Shown here: positions 13,195 through 33,764 of the stretch, one piece after another
Layout of the letters: each line of letters starts with the position of its first letter
Position numbering within the stretch: position 1 is the first letter of the stretch
Origin: the human T2T-CHM13v2.0 reference genome, Homo sapiens
Assembly (NCBI RefSeq): GCF_009914755.1
Contig: NC_060928.1
Direction: 5' to 3' (one strand)
Length of the DNA stretch: 64,000 nt
The notes under the pieces: model-generated
What the model was told of the DNA's origin: nothing
The model's database searches: none
Seen by the model: the letters and a program-made list of their open reading frames with translations, nothing else
Program-made: the position numbers and the translations under genes

Positions 13195-14312
13195 TATTTT
13201 GATGGGCTTCAGCGTTGACTAAGAGGAGATATTGTAGGTGAAAACTTTTCTCTGAGAGTAAAGTTATACAGACTCTATAAAGGTTGAAACATGAAAACTC
13301 AGCCTCATTCTGCCACCTTCTACCATGCCCAAATCCTTAAGGAACTGCATAGCTGACTTGTTGATGCAGCTATTTTCCTAAGAATTGATGGCTTGTGCCA
13401 GCCAGGAAGGAAACCTCCTTCACAGATGCAAGGAACTGGTTTTTTCCCCCCTTTGGTGATGTAAGACAAGAACCTGGAAGTTTGTTCACCATTTCAGTAG
13501 GGCAACTGTAGTGAGGGGCCAGCAATGAAAGAAAGGTGGAACCCAAGAAAGGCAGACAGAATCAAAATATCCTCTGCCCTTCCCATTGCTAAATAAGAAT
13601 AATTATTGAAGCAAAACTTACAGATGAAAGTTTTTTTTAGGAACATTAGGACTGGAAAGATGCAAACAGTTCTGTGTTGATCTGTAAACTTTCTTTTGGA
13701 GGGAGGGTCAATATGATGTGGTGGAATAAATAATTGAACTGGATTTCCATTCAGTAGACTTGAGTTCTAGTGTTGTTTCTATTGTTGATAAAGTAAGTGA
13801 CCTCTGTATGCATGACACTTAATTATTTGGATTACAGTTACTCATAAAAGTAGATTAGTGTTCAAGTTTATGTTTTTTTAACTTTAAAACTCTATTAGGG
13901 TAAAGGCCAAGTTAAAATTATATCTAACATGCTAAAATAAATCTGGATGCATGAAACCCATGCCAAATTTTGTTGACCTGCATGATAAAATTTTACTCAC
14001 TGTTTCAGTGGATGCATTTTAAATGGCTTTATAAGAAACCAGTGTTAAAATGGATAGTATGGAGATACACTGAGTTATGCAAAGTGAAGTAAAATATATA
14101 AGGAATTATTTTCAAATTATTTTTTTAAAGCCGCTCCACAAATAATGAGGTTGTTTCCAGGCTGAGAACCTGTATGACAAGTTTCAGTTCAAAGAAACTA
14201 TTGAAGGTTTCTTAATGGTGCCTGGAGGGGTAGACAGTGTAGTAGGTTAAAGTATGCAATATTTTTAATCTTTGGTTTCAAATTTTATTCCATTTTTAAA
14301 AAAGAAAGAAAA

Positions 14313-14808
14313 ATATTAGAGTTTTCCAGAGAAACAGAACCAATAGGATATATAGAGAGATACATAAGAGGGGGTTTATTATAGAAATTGGCTCACAGGA
14401 TTATGGAGGCCAGAGGTCCCATAATTGACTGTCTGCAAGCTGGAGAACCTGGAAAGCTGGTGGTATAATTCAGTCTGAGTCTGAAGGTCTGAGAACCAGG
14501 TGAGCCAATGGTGTAAGTCTTGGAGTCTGAAGGCTAAATAACTTGGAGTTCTCATGTCGGAGGGCAGGAGAAAATGGACATCCCAGCTCCAGAAGAGAGA
14601 GTGAATTTGCCATTTCTCTACCTTCTGCTTCTATCTGGCTCTCCTCAAAAGACTGGATCATGCTCACCCATATTGGTGAGGGCAATCTTCTTCACTTGGT
14701 CTACTGACTCAAAGTCTCATTTATTCTGGAAACATCCTCACAGATACACACATAAACAATGTTTTACCAGCTATCTAGTTATCCCTTAACCCAGTAAAGT
14801 TGGCACAG
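14313..14808 (-). mobile_element. MLT2B-type (ERVL) solo LTR
   Basis: tattagagttttccagagaaacagaaccaatagga...ctgcaagctggagaacc...cccagtaaagttggcaca is the reverse complement of the MLT2B LTR. Confidence 0.88.
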
Positions 14809-14960
14809 AAAAAAAGATAAAGAAAGAAAGAGAGAGAAAGAGAGAGGCAGAGAGAGAGAGAAAACAGAAGGAAAGAAGGAAGGAAATTTGGAAAGAAAAG
14901 ATAATAAATGAAAGGAGAATAAAAGACAAGAAAAAGAAAAGGAAGAACGAAGGGAAAATA
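14809..14960. repeat. GA-rich low-complexity purine tract
   Basis: aaagataaagaaagaaagagagagaaagagagagg...ggaagaacgaagggaaaa. Confidence 0.8.
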
Positions 14961-15009
14961 AATTAGTTGTGTATTGTTGCAAGAAAACTTTGGCGTGGTA
15001 GAACATAAT

Positions 15010-15140
15010 AACTAGAGTTTTAGTACTTAATCCTCCATTAACTATGTGACCTTGTGTACGTAATCACACATCTCCTGGCTTTTTCTCATCAGATGAGGGG
15101 TTTGAACCAGAATATTTTTAGAGTCCCTTCCAACTCTACA
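15010..15140 (+). mobile_element. MIR3/MIRc SINE fragment
   Basis: ccattaactatgtgaccttg...agatgaggggtttgaaccag...gtcccttccaactct. Confidence 0.65.
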
Positions 15141-15810
15141 GTGTTACAACATTGACGATGTAACTCATATGGCCCAAGACTGTTGATTTGTGTTGTTCAG
15201 AAAATGCCAAAAAATAGTACAGTTATATGCCACATAGTAACATTTCAGTCAACTATGGATGGCATATATAACAGTGGTCCCATAAGATTACAATGGAGTG
15301 GTAAATTTCTATTGCCTAGTGATGTCATAGCTGTCATAATGTCATCATGCAACACCTTACTCGTGTGTAGTGATACTGGTGTAAACAAACCTACCATGCT
15401 GTCAGTCATATAAAAGTCTAGCACATACAATTATGTACAGTAGATAATTCTTGATAATAATAAACAACCATAGTACTGGTTTATGTATTTACTATGCTTT
15501 TTATTGTTATTTTAGAGTATCCTCATTCTACTTATATATAAAAAAGTTAACTGTAAGACAGCTTCAGGGAGACCCTTCAGGAGACATTCCAGAAGAAGGC
15601 ATTGTTATCATAGGAGATGACAGCTCCATGCGTGCTATTGCCCCCATAGACCTTACAGTGGGACAAGTTGTGCAGGTGGAAGACAGTGATATTCATGATC
15701 CTGACCCTGTACAGGCTAGACATGTGTGTGTTTATATCTTAGTTTTTTAACAAAAAGTTTAAAAAGTGAAATGAAAAATTAATAGAAAAAAGTCTATAGA
15801 ATAAGGATAA

Positions 15811-16161
<351 letters not shown>

Positions 16162-16495
16162 CAATGTGTTTGTATTTTAAGCCAAGTGTTTTTATGAGAG
16201 TTAAAAGTTAAAAAATTAGTTTATAAAGTAGAAGAGTTGCAGTAAGCTAAAGTTAATTTTATTGTTGAAGAAAGAACATTAAAAAATAATTTTACTGTAG
16301 CCTAAGTGTACAGGGTTTATAAAGTCTACAGTGGTGTAATGTCTTAGGCCTTCACATTCACTCACTGACTCACCCAGGGCAACTTCCAGTCATGCAAGCT
16401 CCATTCATAATAAGTGACCTATACAGGCATACCATTTAAAAATCTTTCATCCTGTATTTTTTTCTTTCTCTTTTTTTAAGAAATAGGTTTGGAGG

Positions 16496-22392
<5,897 letters not shown>

Positions 22393-23869
22393 TTCATACT
22401 GTATTTTTACTATACCTTTTCTATGTTTTGATACACAAATCCTTACAACTGTGTTACAGTTGCCTACAGTGTTCAGTACAGTCACATGCTTTACAGGTTT
22501 GTAGCCTAAAAGCAATAGGCTATCCCATGTAGCCTAGGTGTGTAGTAGGCTACGCCATCTAGGTTTGTGTAAGTATGCTCTGATGTTTTTAACAAGGATG
22601 AAGAATGTATCCTTATCTTTAATTGATACATGACTGCATTAGGAAAACCTCTCCTACTCATAATTTCATTTTATACTTTCATTCAGTTATAGGAAACTAT
22701 TTTTAGCAAGACTAAGGTATGAAAAAAAGTTTTTACAATTGAAAACTTTCCACTATTCCAGCTAAGATGGAGCGGGGTTGCCTAGAATTACTAAATCTGT
22801 GCAGGGGAAGAGTCGTGAGGATTCACCTCACCTATTCCCTCTGCCACCCCTTCCCCAACAGCATGAGCTCTGGGAAGAAGACCTGCTCATCTCTGCTGCA
22901 GAGGACAAAGGCAAGACTCTTTTCTAGAGAAGGAATGTAAGGGGAAGCTAAAATGTATCCTGAGACACTGGACTGGTTAAAAGTCATTTGTTTTCTGAAA
23001 TTAAGGTGTTGTCAACAACGATTTTTAAAATAAATAATTAGACTCTTTATATTGAAATAGTTTGATTATTCCTTTGAAGCACTAAGGTTATTCTGTAGTA
23101 ACCTGAGAAATATCTTCATTGAAGAGATGGCTTGACCTGGTTTTTTGTGCCAATCTCCTTCCTTATACCAAAACAAAAAAAGATTTTCTTTTAAGATACT
23201 GCAAGTGTCCAAGACATAGAACTTTTTCCTGGAAGAAAGAGTCTTCTTTTAAAAATCTCTTTTTGGTGCAGGATTGGGCAATAATTTCACTGTCAGAACC
23301 TTTAAACTTATCGAAGTGCTACCTGAGATTCTGGAATTAGGGTGGTCTTTTATCTTTGGTGTTCCCAGAAATCACGTAATGACAGAGTGAGGGTAATAGG
23401 AGTTCACTGTGCTCGGTTTCCCAGGGTACATATTACTTCTTTGTTTCATGTAAACGTAGCTAAAATGATAGAGTATAATGACTCCTCTTAGAATTGTATT
23501 TTTCTTTTATTATAGAGATTGGTAAACACTTTAAGTGATACAAAGAGCCAGAAGAAAAGCAGTGCTTTTTTAAAAAATGTAAAGCCTTGTGGGACTTTAA
23601 ATATCAGGTTGAAGGAAGACGGGGTTGTTGTTCAGATTGTAATGTCTGTGACCTTTGGGTGTTAGGCCTGGCTCACCTGAAACTGCTTGAATTGTTTATC
23701 CTTTTCACATCTTGATTGGTAAGGCTACAGTTTAAAACTTTCCCTTTTTTCACACAGAGACATTTCAACATCTCTTGACTACTTGGTACCACAGCTATTC
23801 AGTATGGGCGTTCCTTTGAGATCAGTAGAAACAGCCCAGTACCCACATTTTCTAACTACTTACTTCCTC

Positions 23870-24290
23870 ATTAACATCTCCTACTTTACTGAAACTTCTG
23901 TCTTAAATGTTAAAGCCAATGGTCTTAAATGTTAAAGCCAATGATCTTAATCAGTACTCATTCCCCAAAACCGCTATTCGAATTGGGCATGGCTGACCAA
24001 CTCTTCCCTCTTCAAACTCCCCTTTGACATGTCTGATGCCATCACTCTAGTTCTACCCCCTACTTTTCGCCTTTCATATTTTATTTTTGTTGCAAGTTTT
24101 TTCCACTTTCCTCCCTCTTTAACTTGGTGCTTTTCACTCTCCATGTTTTTCTGAAATATGAGCTCTTTCTTATGGCTTTATCTACTATTTCCAATCTGGT
24201 AACTGAAAAATCTAAATCTCTTGCTCTGATTTGATGTCAGAGTTGCACTCTAGAGTTTCCCAGTTGCTGCCTGTATGTTTATCACTTGTG
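23870..24290 (+). mobile_element. L2 remnant containing a 22-bp tandem duplication
   Basis: Pyrimidine-rich L2-like text (aaagccaatgg, ctcttccctcttcaaactc, aaatctcttgctctgat); boundaries approximate. Confidence 0.5.
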
Positions 24291-24539
24291 TAATTAGTGC
24301 TAGGTGAAGTGTAAGTTGTGTTTCCCATGAGTGAGTTTTATTGTAAAGTTACTAGGAGCTTTTAGCTTCTAGTGGAGACAGACATTCACTTTGGAACAGA
24401 TCTTTGCTTTCTTAAGTTATACAAATATAAGGCTGATATTTAATCTTGGGGTGGTTCTGAGTGATAGTGAAGTTATCTGTCACGGAGATGCCAAGTGTTC
24501 TGCTTCAGAAGATAAAAATGTTCTTTTGCATCTGTGTGG

Positions 24540-25135
24540 ATACTGCAGATAAAATTTTATGACAATAAATTTGAAAATTCAGATGAAATAAACAACCACA
24601 ATTTATGAAAACTGGTGCAAGAAAATAAAGTCTGAATAGAATAGTTATATTTAAGAAATTGAATCTCTCATTTAAAACCTCCTTGGAAAGAAACATCTAG
24701 GTCCACTGAATGCTCTAAATATTTAAGGAGGAAATATTACTAATAGCACTAATAGCCAATTACCAGCCCCTTATTTAAAAAAGGATCAACAGGCTAATCT
24801 TACTCATGAACATAAAGGCAAAATCCTAATACAATGTTAGTCACAAGAATCTCACAGTATGTTAAGCATACAAATCATATCACCATACAAAAAATAAATT
24901 CAAAATAGATTGTGGGCCTAAATGAGAAAGATGACCTGATAAACATCTAGAAAATAACATGCAGAATATTTTAATGACTAAGATATTCTTAAACAGGCAA
25001 AGATTTCTTAAATAGGACATAAAAAGCTCTAATCTTAAGCATATAGATTGATAAATTGGACTACATTAAATTTAGGACTTTTATTCACTAAAAGATAGCC
25101 TTAATAGAGTGAAAAAAATGTAAAGCTGTGGACTG
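24540..25135 (+). mobile_element. Ancient L1M ORF2 fragments
   Basis: caaaatcctaatacaatgttag, accatacaaaaaataaattcaaaatagattgtgggcctaaat, gattgataaattggactacattaaa. Confidence 0.7.
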
Positions 25136-25399
25136 TAACATAAAAATCATGAAGAATGGTGTAGAAAATATTTATGTTTCTATGACCCAATGTAAGAATA
25201 AATGTTTATATGATATATATTACATAGATAGTTACTGCCTGCTGTGTCTCTTGTTTACCATTCTCTAATCTAATTACTCGCCTTCTCTTTCTATCCCCTA
25301 GGGTTAAGCACTTTTCTCAATGTTGTGTTCATCTTTTCCCTGCAGGTTTTCATAGTTTTATAAGACATGTACTTCCAAATAATCTATAATAGTTTAGTA

Positions 25400-25830
25400 G
25401 TTGGGGTCCCAACAGGAAAGTGATGACACACTCAACTGGGTAAATGGAGAAGTGTTTATAAACATACTATTTGCAAAGGTGTGGTAAAGGTGTGGAAACA
25501 CCAAAGGATAAGGTTAGACTCCAGAACTAGTGGCTTAGGAATTTCATCACCATCCCTATGTCTCAAGAGTAAGAAAAGGTACTTAAAGAAAGAATGTGGT
25601 GAGAAAAGCCTGCCTGGCAGGAGCTGGGACCTTTGGTCAGGATAAACATCAGTCTGCGAAACCTTGCAGGGAGGAAGTCAAAAGAATGGACTCTGATCTC
25701 ATACTCTTGCCTTATAGTGCTCTGCATTGGCAGAACTCAGCTGAAATGCAGAAAGCAGGTGAGCCCAATGATGCAGAGGTCAGAGTTCAGCCTCACAGAG
25801 CGCAGAGTATAGAGGAAGAGGAGGAGTGCA
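25400..25830. mobile_element. Ancient LTR remnant, family uncertain
   Basis: gtcccaacaggaaagtgatgacacactcaactgggtaa...ctatttgcaaaggtgtgg resembles the ends of old mammalian LTRs. Confidence 0.45.
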
Positions 25831-26160
25831 GCCGACAGAGCTGCACGCCTCTGTCAAACATCCAGCATTAATGCTGTTTGCATGTTATGCCATCATATTA
25901 AATGTATCATGCACTCTTTCTATCCTTTGGCCACTTGCTTTCTCCCTAATTTTCCAGAACTTCTTCTGGACTTAGTATTTTTACTAATATACTTTTTTTT
26001 TCTTTTTTTCTTCCTAGGCAAATAATGATTCAAGATGCACATTTTGCTGTAGTCAATCTGGTCTTTGTTAAGGTTTTTAGTTGCAAACAACAGAATCCAA
26101 CTTTACTATTTTAAACAGAGTAAGACATTTTTTAGATAGTGGGTACATCATAAAATCTCT

Positions 26161-26733
<573 letters not shown>

Positions 26734-29604
26734 TAAAGTCTCTACAGTAACCACAGAATTAAACTTGCTTACTTACAGCTAGGAACAATCTTCAAATTCC
26801 AGTGTGGCACTACTGTACTAGACAGCTTGCTGCCAAATATAGAGGCTGAGAAGTTTTCAGAGGATACTAGAGCTCGGACTACTGTCACGGCAGCCTCTGG
26901 CACTGACTGTCCTTGCTGCCCTTGCTGGCATCAACTCAACACTGCACTTTCTCATTCACCTCATCTACTTCTGAACTCATGTCTCATGTCAGTGCATTGG
27001 AGAGTCCCAGGTCATGAGTTCCAAGAGAAGCTGGGAAAGCAATTTTTTAGCTTCTGCTTTGGGGAGGCAACAATTCTCCAACATAGGAAGGATTAGAAAG
27101 CTCCTGGACAGCCAAGGAAGTGTGACAAATGTCTATCCATCCCTGACAAGCCATCACTTTCAAGCTAATTCCTGCCACGCCCAACTACAAGGCCTTGAGC
27201 CTGGGTCCAACTGTGTACTTCTGATCCATTTTCTGAGAGTACTTGCTTTTGAGTGAAGCACCTGGACTTCTCGGAATACTTTTGTCTCTGGGTTTCTTCA
27301 GCACTAATTAGTGTTGCCATTCAATTAGCCATTGACTGGCTTTTAAATGATATTTGTGATTTTGCTAAACTAGTATAAGATAACATTTTATTATTGGCCC
27401 TTTCATATTTTCATTTTATTATTTGGTCTTATTGCTTCATAAAAGTTTTAGGGATCCTTGGCAAGGGGAGTGACTTTTCTTTTCACAGGAATTAGCATAC
27501 TGCTGTGAACCTAGGAGGCATGAAATAAGCACTTAGTTTTTATTGTTCTATGGTTTGAGCCTTGAGGGATAGAAATTATACTTAGGTAATTTTTAACAAA
27601 TATATGCATGTATAATCTGCTGTCCAGACCATGATGCAAAGCAATTTACACAATCCCAGTTCCTAGTTCTCCAGAAGTATATGTATTGCTTATAAATACA
27701 TTTTAGAGTTTTCTCCCCCTCTCTTTCAACTTTGTCTTAGATTATACACAGGGTGAAGGCTGGCAATTATGTGGTATTTATAAAAATCTAAGGGGAAATA
27801 AAACTTGGATAATATAATATTTAACCTTTTTGAATCCAAATTTATAAAACCAGGAAGACCTTTTGTGGGAGAATTTATACTGAGCAAGAAATATGAAGTT
27901 GATTAGGTAGAATCTGTCAAAGAACTTTTGTGGTAGGAATCTATCAGTAGCTCTCTTTGGGATTCCTAAAATATAGTCTTGGGAATAACCAACTGACCAA
28001 CAAATCTCCAAGATGCTTGATGCTTGATGTTCATTCCCAGAAAGTAGGCAAATGAACAACTGTGTTTACTACTCATCTTTTTTGGTGTCTTGCCTCTAGC
28101 TGATGTGGTGTGCTGATGAATATTGGTGTTTGAAAAGCACATGGAGAGAGCGAGCACGAGGCAGTGTGTCATGCCACAGACAAGCCTCCTAAAATCCATG
28201 CTGTGATCCTGTACCTGCACTCCTAGAATACATTTAGGGCACTCAGGAAAGATGCTAATGAAACATATTAAAAGCTTGGCAGAATAAACATGGGACCACA
28301 GGACTGTCATAAGTCTAGGTAGAGCAAAATCATATTCCAGCTTGCAGAAAGAAAGCAATGTAGCCAGTTATTTTGATTGGCAATAGAGAGCTGAAAGCAA
28401 TCATGATTTTTGTTATGTAGGTCATGTGGAGATCCAAGAGATCCAGCAAGCAGGAGTGGGAATGGACTCAATCAGAAGTCCAGCATAAACTGAGGGTTTC
28501 CGGAGTGCTGACCTGTCTGTCAGCATTTGTTAAACACTTACTAGGTGCAAAACAGTGGTCTAGGTGATATTAAGGAAGAGATGCTATCCCTGCTCTGAAG
28601 TGGAAAAAGAAACATGCATACAACAAAGTTCCATTGTGGCAGTGACTGTGCATATTGCTATATTCCCAGCACCTAGAACAGTGCCTGGTGCTTCAATAAA
28701 TAGCCAGTAAATATATGAACAAATTATTTCTTGAAAAGTTCTATTACATCCCCTTGTGAGTGATATTTAACTTTAAATAGGTAAGTCAGACAGTGAGGGC
28801 CTAAATTAGCTAGTGTGTGTATTTTCTTACTGAAGCACGTGGCTTTGAGACTGGGCAGGTGTAGAGAATGTATGACAATAGGATACTCATAAAGTTGTGT
28901 GCTAAGTAAAGGATGGCAAGCAAAAATAGTGAGCAGAAGAAAAACTATAAAGAGCTCACAAAGTGAAACTTCATATGATTCAGTGTAATTCCGGAATTCC
29001 AAGTGAAAATAGGCAGAACAGGTTTACTTGCATTAGTTAGAAGTATAGCTATTTATGAATAATGGTAATGGGTAGAGTATTATTTTAAATAGTGCAGTTA
29101 CAAATAGCTGTGGGATCTGCAAATATGGCTACAGCTGCCAACCATAGAATACTCTTTATATGTGTATAGTGTGGAAAGAACAGTTGGTCAGGCAAAGGTT
29201 TTTTCAGCCACACCTGTTCACTCAGATAACAATCGCCACCAGTAGTGTTATCTCTCTATATAAAGATAAATGTATATTTTATGCGATCTATGTCTATAAC
29301 TATACACACAACTTATAAATTAGGTGGAAGTTAGATCGGCTGATTTTGTTCTTTTGAAAGAAGAATACAATCCATTTTAGATACTGGGAAGAAACTGACA
29401 AATTTAACTTGCACAGAGGGATCTCTTAGTTGAGATGAATCTTTCTGAGTCATTAGCATGGTTTCATTTATGAGTACAATACCAGTAGAACCTTGTTATG
29501 AAATGACTCATTAATTGTATCAAGTCAGTTATCTCATGGGTCAAATCACATCTCCTGAAGTATAAGAACCACATATAATAAAGCCTGAAACAATGCATTT
29601 GGCC

Positions 29605-29725
29605 CATTAATCATTCACTCACTCAATAATTCATTCATTCACTCATTCAACAAATATATATCAAGAGCCTCCTAAACTGGAGGGATTATAGGCAATACAA
29701 AGATGAATAATTCATAATCTTTGTC
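29605..29725 (-). mobile_element. L2 3' end
   Basis: (cattc/cactc)n followed by aacaaatatatatcaagagcctcct...atacaaagatgaataa. Confidence 0.7.
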
Positions 29726-30249
29726 TGTAATTATCCTATGAAAACTAGTTCTAACTTGTGAGATTGGTATCCTAGAAGAATCCTGTTGAATTTTTTGTGG
29801 CGATGTTAATTCTTTTATGAAATATTTTCATCCTAGGTTTTTTGAGAAACTTCTGTAGCATCCTTCTCAAAATAGTTTTTAGGACATCTAAAACATTTTA
29901 TTAGCAAAAATAAAAGATCAGTAATAAGTATCAGTGTGCTATTTAGATTTTAAAAAACCTCATTATGTGCCTTCATTACAATTACCAAGTTTAAAGATGT
30001 GTAGCTTCAGGGTGAAAACTCATTAGAGCTGCTTGCTCTACTCAGAATTAATCCATGCTGTTAACTGTGATTGAAAATCAAGATACTTAATTGTTATGAT
30101 TTAATATATGTCTGTTCACTCTAAAACATGCTTAAGTGTAGTATGTTTTTCTGAATAAAGTCACAGAAGAGGTAAAGTTTGCCTGCTGTGAGGTTCTCTT
30201 CATATATCAGAGATATTAAATGATTTCTTATTTAATTCTAGAAGGTGGT

Positions 30250-30790
30250 GACGTTAGTTACTTATTGTTGCATAACAAATCATCCCAAAACTTTGACTTA
30301 AAATAATAATCATTTAATTTGATGACAACTTTCTGGCTTAGTTGGGTGGCTCTTCTCTTCTGAGGCAGTTTTGTTAATATGTATAATCAGCTGGCAGCTC
30401 AAACTGTGCCTGGATAGTCTAGGATGATTTCATTTGCAAGTCTTTTGGATGGAAGATTGGTTAGATCTAGGGCCTTTAATTTGAGATGGCTCATTTTTGT
30501 CCCACATGGTCTCATTCTCCAGCAGGCTAACCTGGGCTTGTTCATATGGTGGTGGAAGATTTCCCAGCAGCAAGAGTGTTGGCTCCAGTATACAGACCTT
30601 GTCAAGTCTCTGCCTGCATCATTTGCATCTTTGACCAAACCAGGTAAAAAACCAAAACAAAAAAAGTCCCTAAAATTCAAGAAAGGGGGTAAAGATTCTC
30701 TCGCTTTTTGGGAGGAAAAGTCACATCACATAGGCATGTGCTTCCAGAAATATGAGGAATCTGTAGTAATTTATTTGTGATGTACCATAA
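30250..30790 (-). mobile_element. MLT1 (F/G/H-type) MaLR LTR
   Basis: gttagttacttattgttgcataacaaatcatcccaaaact...cttaaaataataatcatt...ctccagcaggctaacctgggcttgttcatatggtgg. Confidence 0.75.
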
Positions 30791-31393
30791 GGTGTTCTAC
30801 AATATTATACTTCATTCTCCTCTGTCAATGAGTGTCATTGAATATAATATCATGTAAATATTAGATGATCTGTAGATTGATTCAGGTTCTTGAAATTAAA
30901 GAAAAGAAGCAAATGTATTAATTTAGCTCCCTTAGGAGCTATTTTTGAAAAGTAATATTTACTTATAATTAAGGAATAAGAAACATTCATCAAGACAAAA
31001 TAATAAAACATTTAAAAATTATTTTGAGTGGAATAACCAGGGTGAATTGATAGGGATAAAGAAAGGTTGAACTCTACCTTAGCCTTACCCCTTTCAGCCC
31101 CACCAAGTAAAACACTTACTATCGTTTAGTTGGTATAATATGTACAGGTCTTTGTTTTGTTTTTGTTTCCCTTTTCTCTGTTTTTTCCTGTTTGTTTTAC
31201 TCCCTGTGGGCTATGCCTTTATCTGCACCCGCTTATATTATCATGACTCCCAGTGTATATCTCCGGCTTTGATCTGTCTCCTGAGCGACAGACCAATTTA
31301 ATTCACTTTGTGATGACCTCTATGAAAATATCTCTTAGCATGGCCACATAAGAACTCATTGTCTTCTGCTCTAATCCTTTCTTCCAGCTATAG

Positions 31394-31732
<339 letters not shown>

Positions 31733-31745
31733 AAAAAAGATAGCA

Positions 31746-32073
<328 letters not shown>

Positions 32074-32871
32074 TAAAATATAAAACTTATCATGTCATTA
32101 CAAGTCTTCCATCAATAAATCCTCATAACCTTTAGGATATGATCCACTTCATTATCTTGGCATACAAGTCTCTCGACGGTCTAACCGATGATGTAACTCT
32201 CAGCCAGAGGAAACTCCTTTCTTGTGTCCATCATAACATCTCTCACCTCTTTGTCCAAAGTGAACCCCTGTTCTTATTATCCTTCCTGATCCTCTTCCTT
32301 CTCAATGTGGTTAACTCTTACTCATTCTTCCAGAATTAATACAAAAAAAAATCTGCTTGGAAAGTATTCCTAAGTTAACATCAGACTTAAGTGAGCAGTC
32401 CACTACTTTCCCTTATAGTATATAACTGTCCTAAATCACATTCCATAGTTTTTAACTGGTGATTTACTTAGGTCATCTCCATCATTGCTCTGCGTGATGT
32501 TAGCAGTTAACTCCGTCCCTGACACACAGTAAGCTCTCAGGACTCGAATGATGACTGAGATTGAACAAATTGACTGAATGAATGAGTGAGTAGAGGAAGG
32601 ATGTGACAGAAGTGTAATCATATTACAGTTGGCCATGTGTCCTGGCTGCATCTTACTCAATGCATGCACATGGCAGAACTGTTTATTACTGAGAAGTAAT
32701 TTAGCTAAGTCTGGGTGTTGGAAGGAATGCACTTGGAGTTTAAGTCAAGTTTCAGCACAAGGTAGGAGTAAGATCTTGTTGACAACAAAAACAGCTCTAG
32801 TTCTGAAAATTTAGGGATCATTTATTTTTCTGTAATTGGAAAAAAATTCCTCTCTGTTAGAAGTTTGTCTC

Positions 32872-32965
32872 CTTAAGCCCAGGATTTCGAGACCAGCCTG
32901 GCAAGATAAGACCCTCCTTGCTCCCTAATTCTGAAAAAAAACAAAAGACAAAAAAGAAAAAAAAA
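32872..32965 (+). mobile_element. 5'-truncated Alu-monomer (FLAM-like) fragment with A-rich tail
   Basis: cttaagcccaggatttcgagaccagcctgg plus A-tail; TSD agaagtttgtctc 32859-32871 / agaaatttgtctc 32966-32978. Confidence 0.8.
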
Positions 32966-33764
32966 AGAAATTTGTCTCAATACCATTGTGGGGATTCATT
33001 TTCTTTGTCATTTGTTGCTAACTGCTAGTCTCTGGATTCTCTCTAAATTCTAATCATTTTCTAATCCTTGATATCATTGAGTATTTTCTCAGAGAATTTA
33101 AACTAGTTTTAATATTTGCGTAAGTGAGGCCAATTAACAATGTAAATTTAATGTAAATACTTAACGTTTTTCAGGACCTAAAATCATTTTTGAATATCTG
33201 CTGTTTTAAATTATTCAGATCAATGCTTCTAGCATCTAGCTGTGGATAATGGAATAGGAGATGATTAGTAAATTGAAGCTGATTCTCTGAATTTTTAAGG
33301 AGTTGAGTGGCAGTGATGCTTTTTCTAGATTCTCATTCTGGGGTATTCTGTGTTGAAGGACAGATTATTCTAATATAGATGAAGTTCTCTTTATTTGAAT
33401 TTTTATAATACATCAAAAATGTTGTTAAAAATATTTCTATCATTGGTGTGTGTATGTGTAATAGTGGTTTCCTATTACCTTAGGAATACTTACTCAGTGA
33501 AAAGAAGCACTATATCATTAATATTTTGTCCTACTTTCTTTCTTAGCCACAGTGATCTCCTAGTCAACTACCCTATTCTGTCCAGCAGCTAATTCCTTCA
33601 CCACTCATCTTGTATTTCTGGCTGCTCTATTTCCCCCTTTATGTTCAGGCAGTTACTTTTCCTTCCTATTTCACAAGAGACCATCTTCTTGCACTTTCTA
33701 CAGACCTCAGTAACTCTCCATCAGCACATAAACACACTCAAGATTGTCCCATTAAAATCTCTTT

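Noticed and set aside
12310-13222. Plus-strand ORFs of 90, 122 and 103 aa
   Set aside because: Antisense shadows of the GC-richer ASS1 pseudogene; no independent coding evidence.
15451-15750. 99-aa ORF with an acidic tail as a domesticated transposase
   Set aside because: Standard internal sequence of non-autonomous Tigger3b; no DDE or HTH domain.
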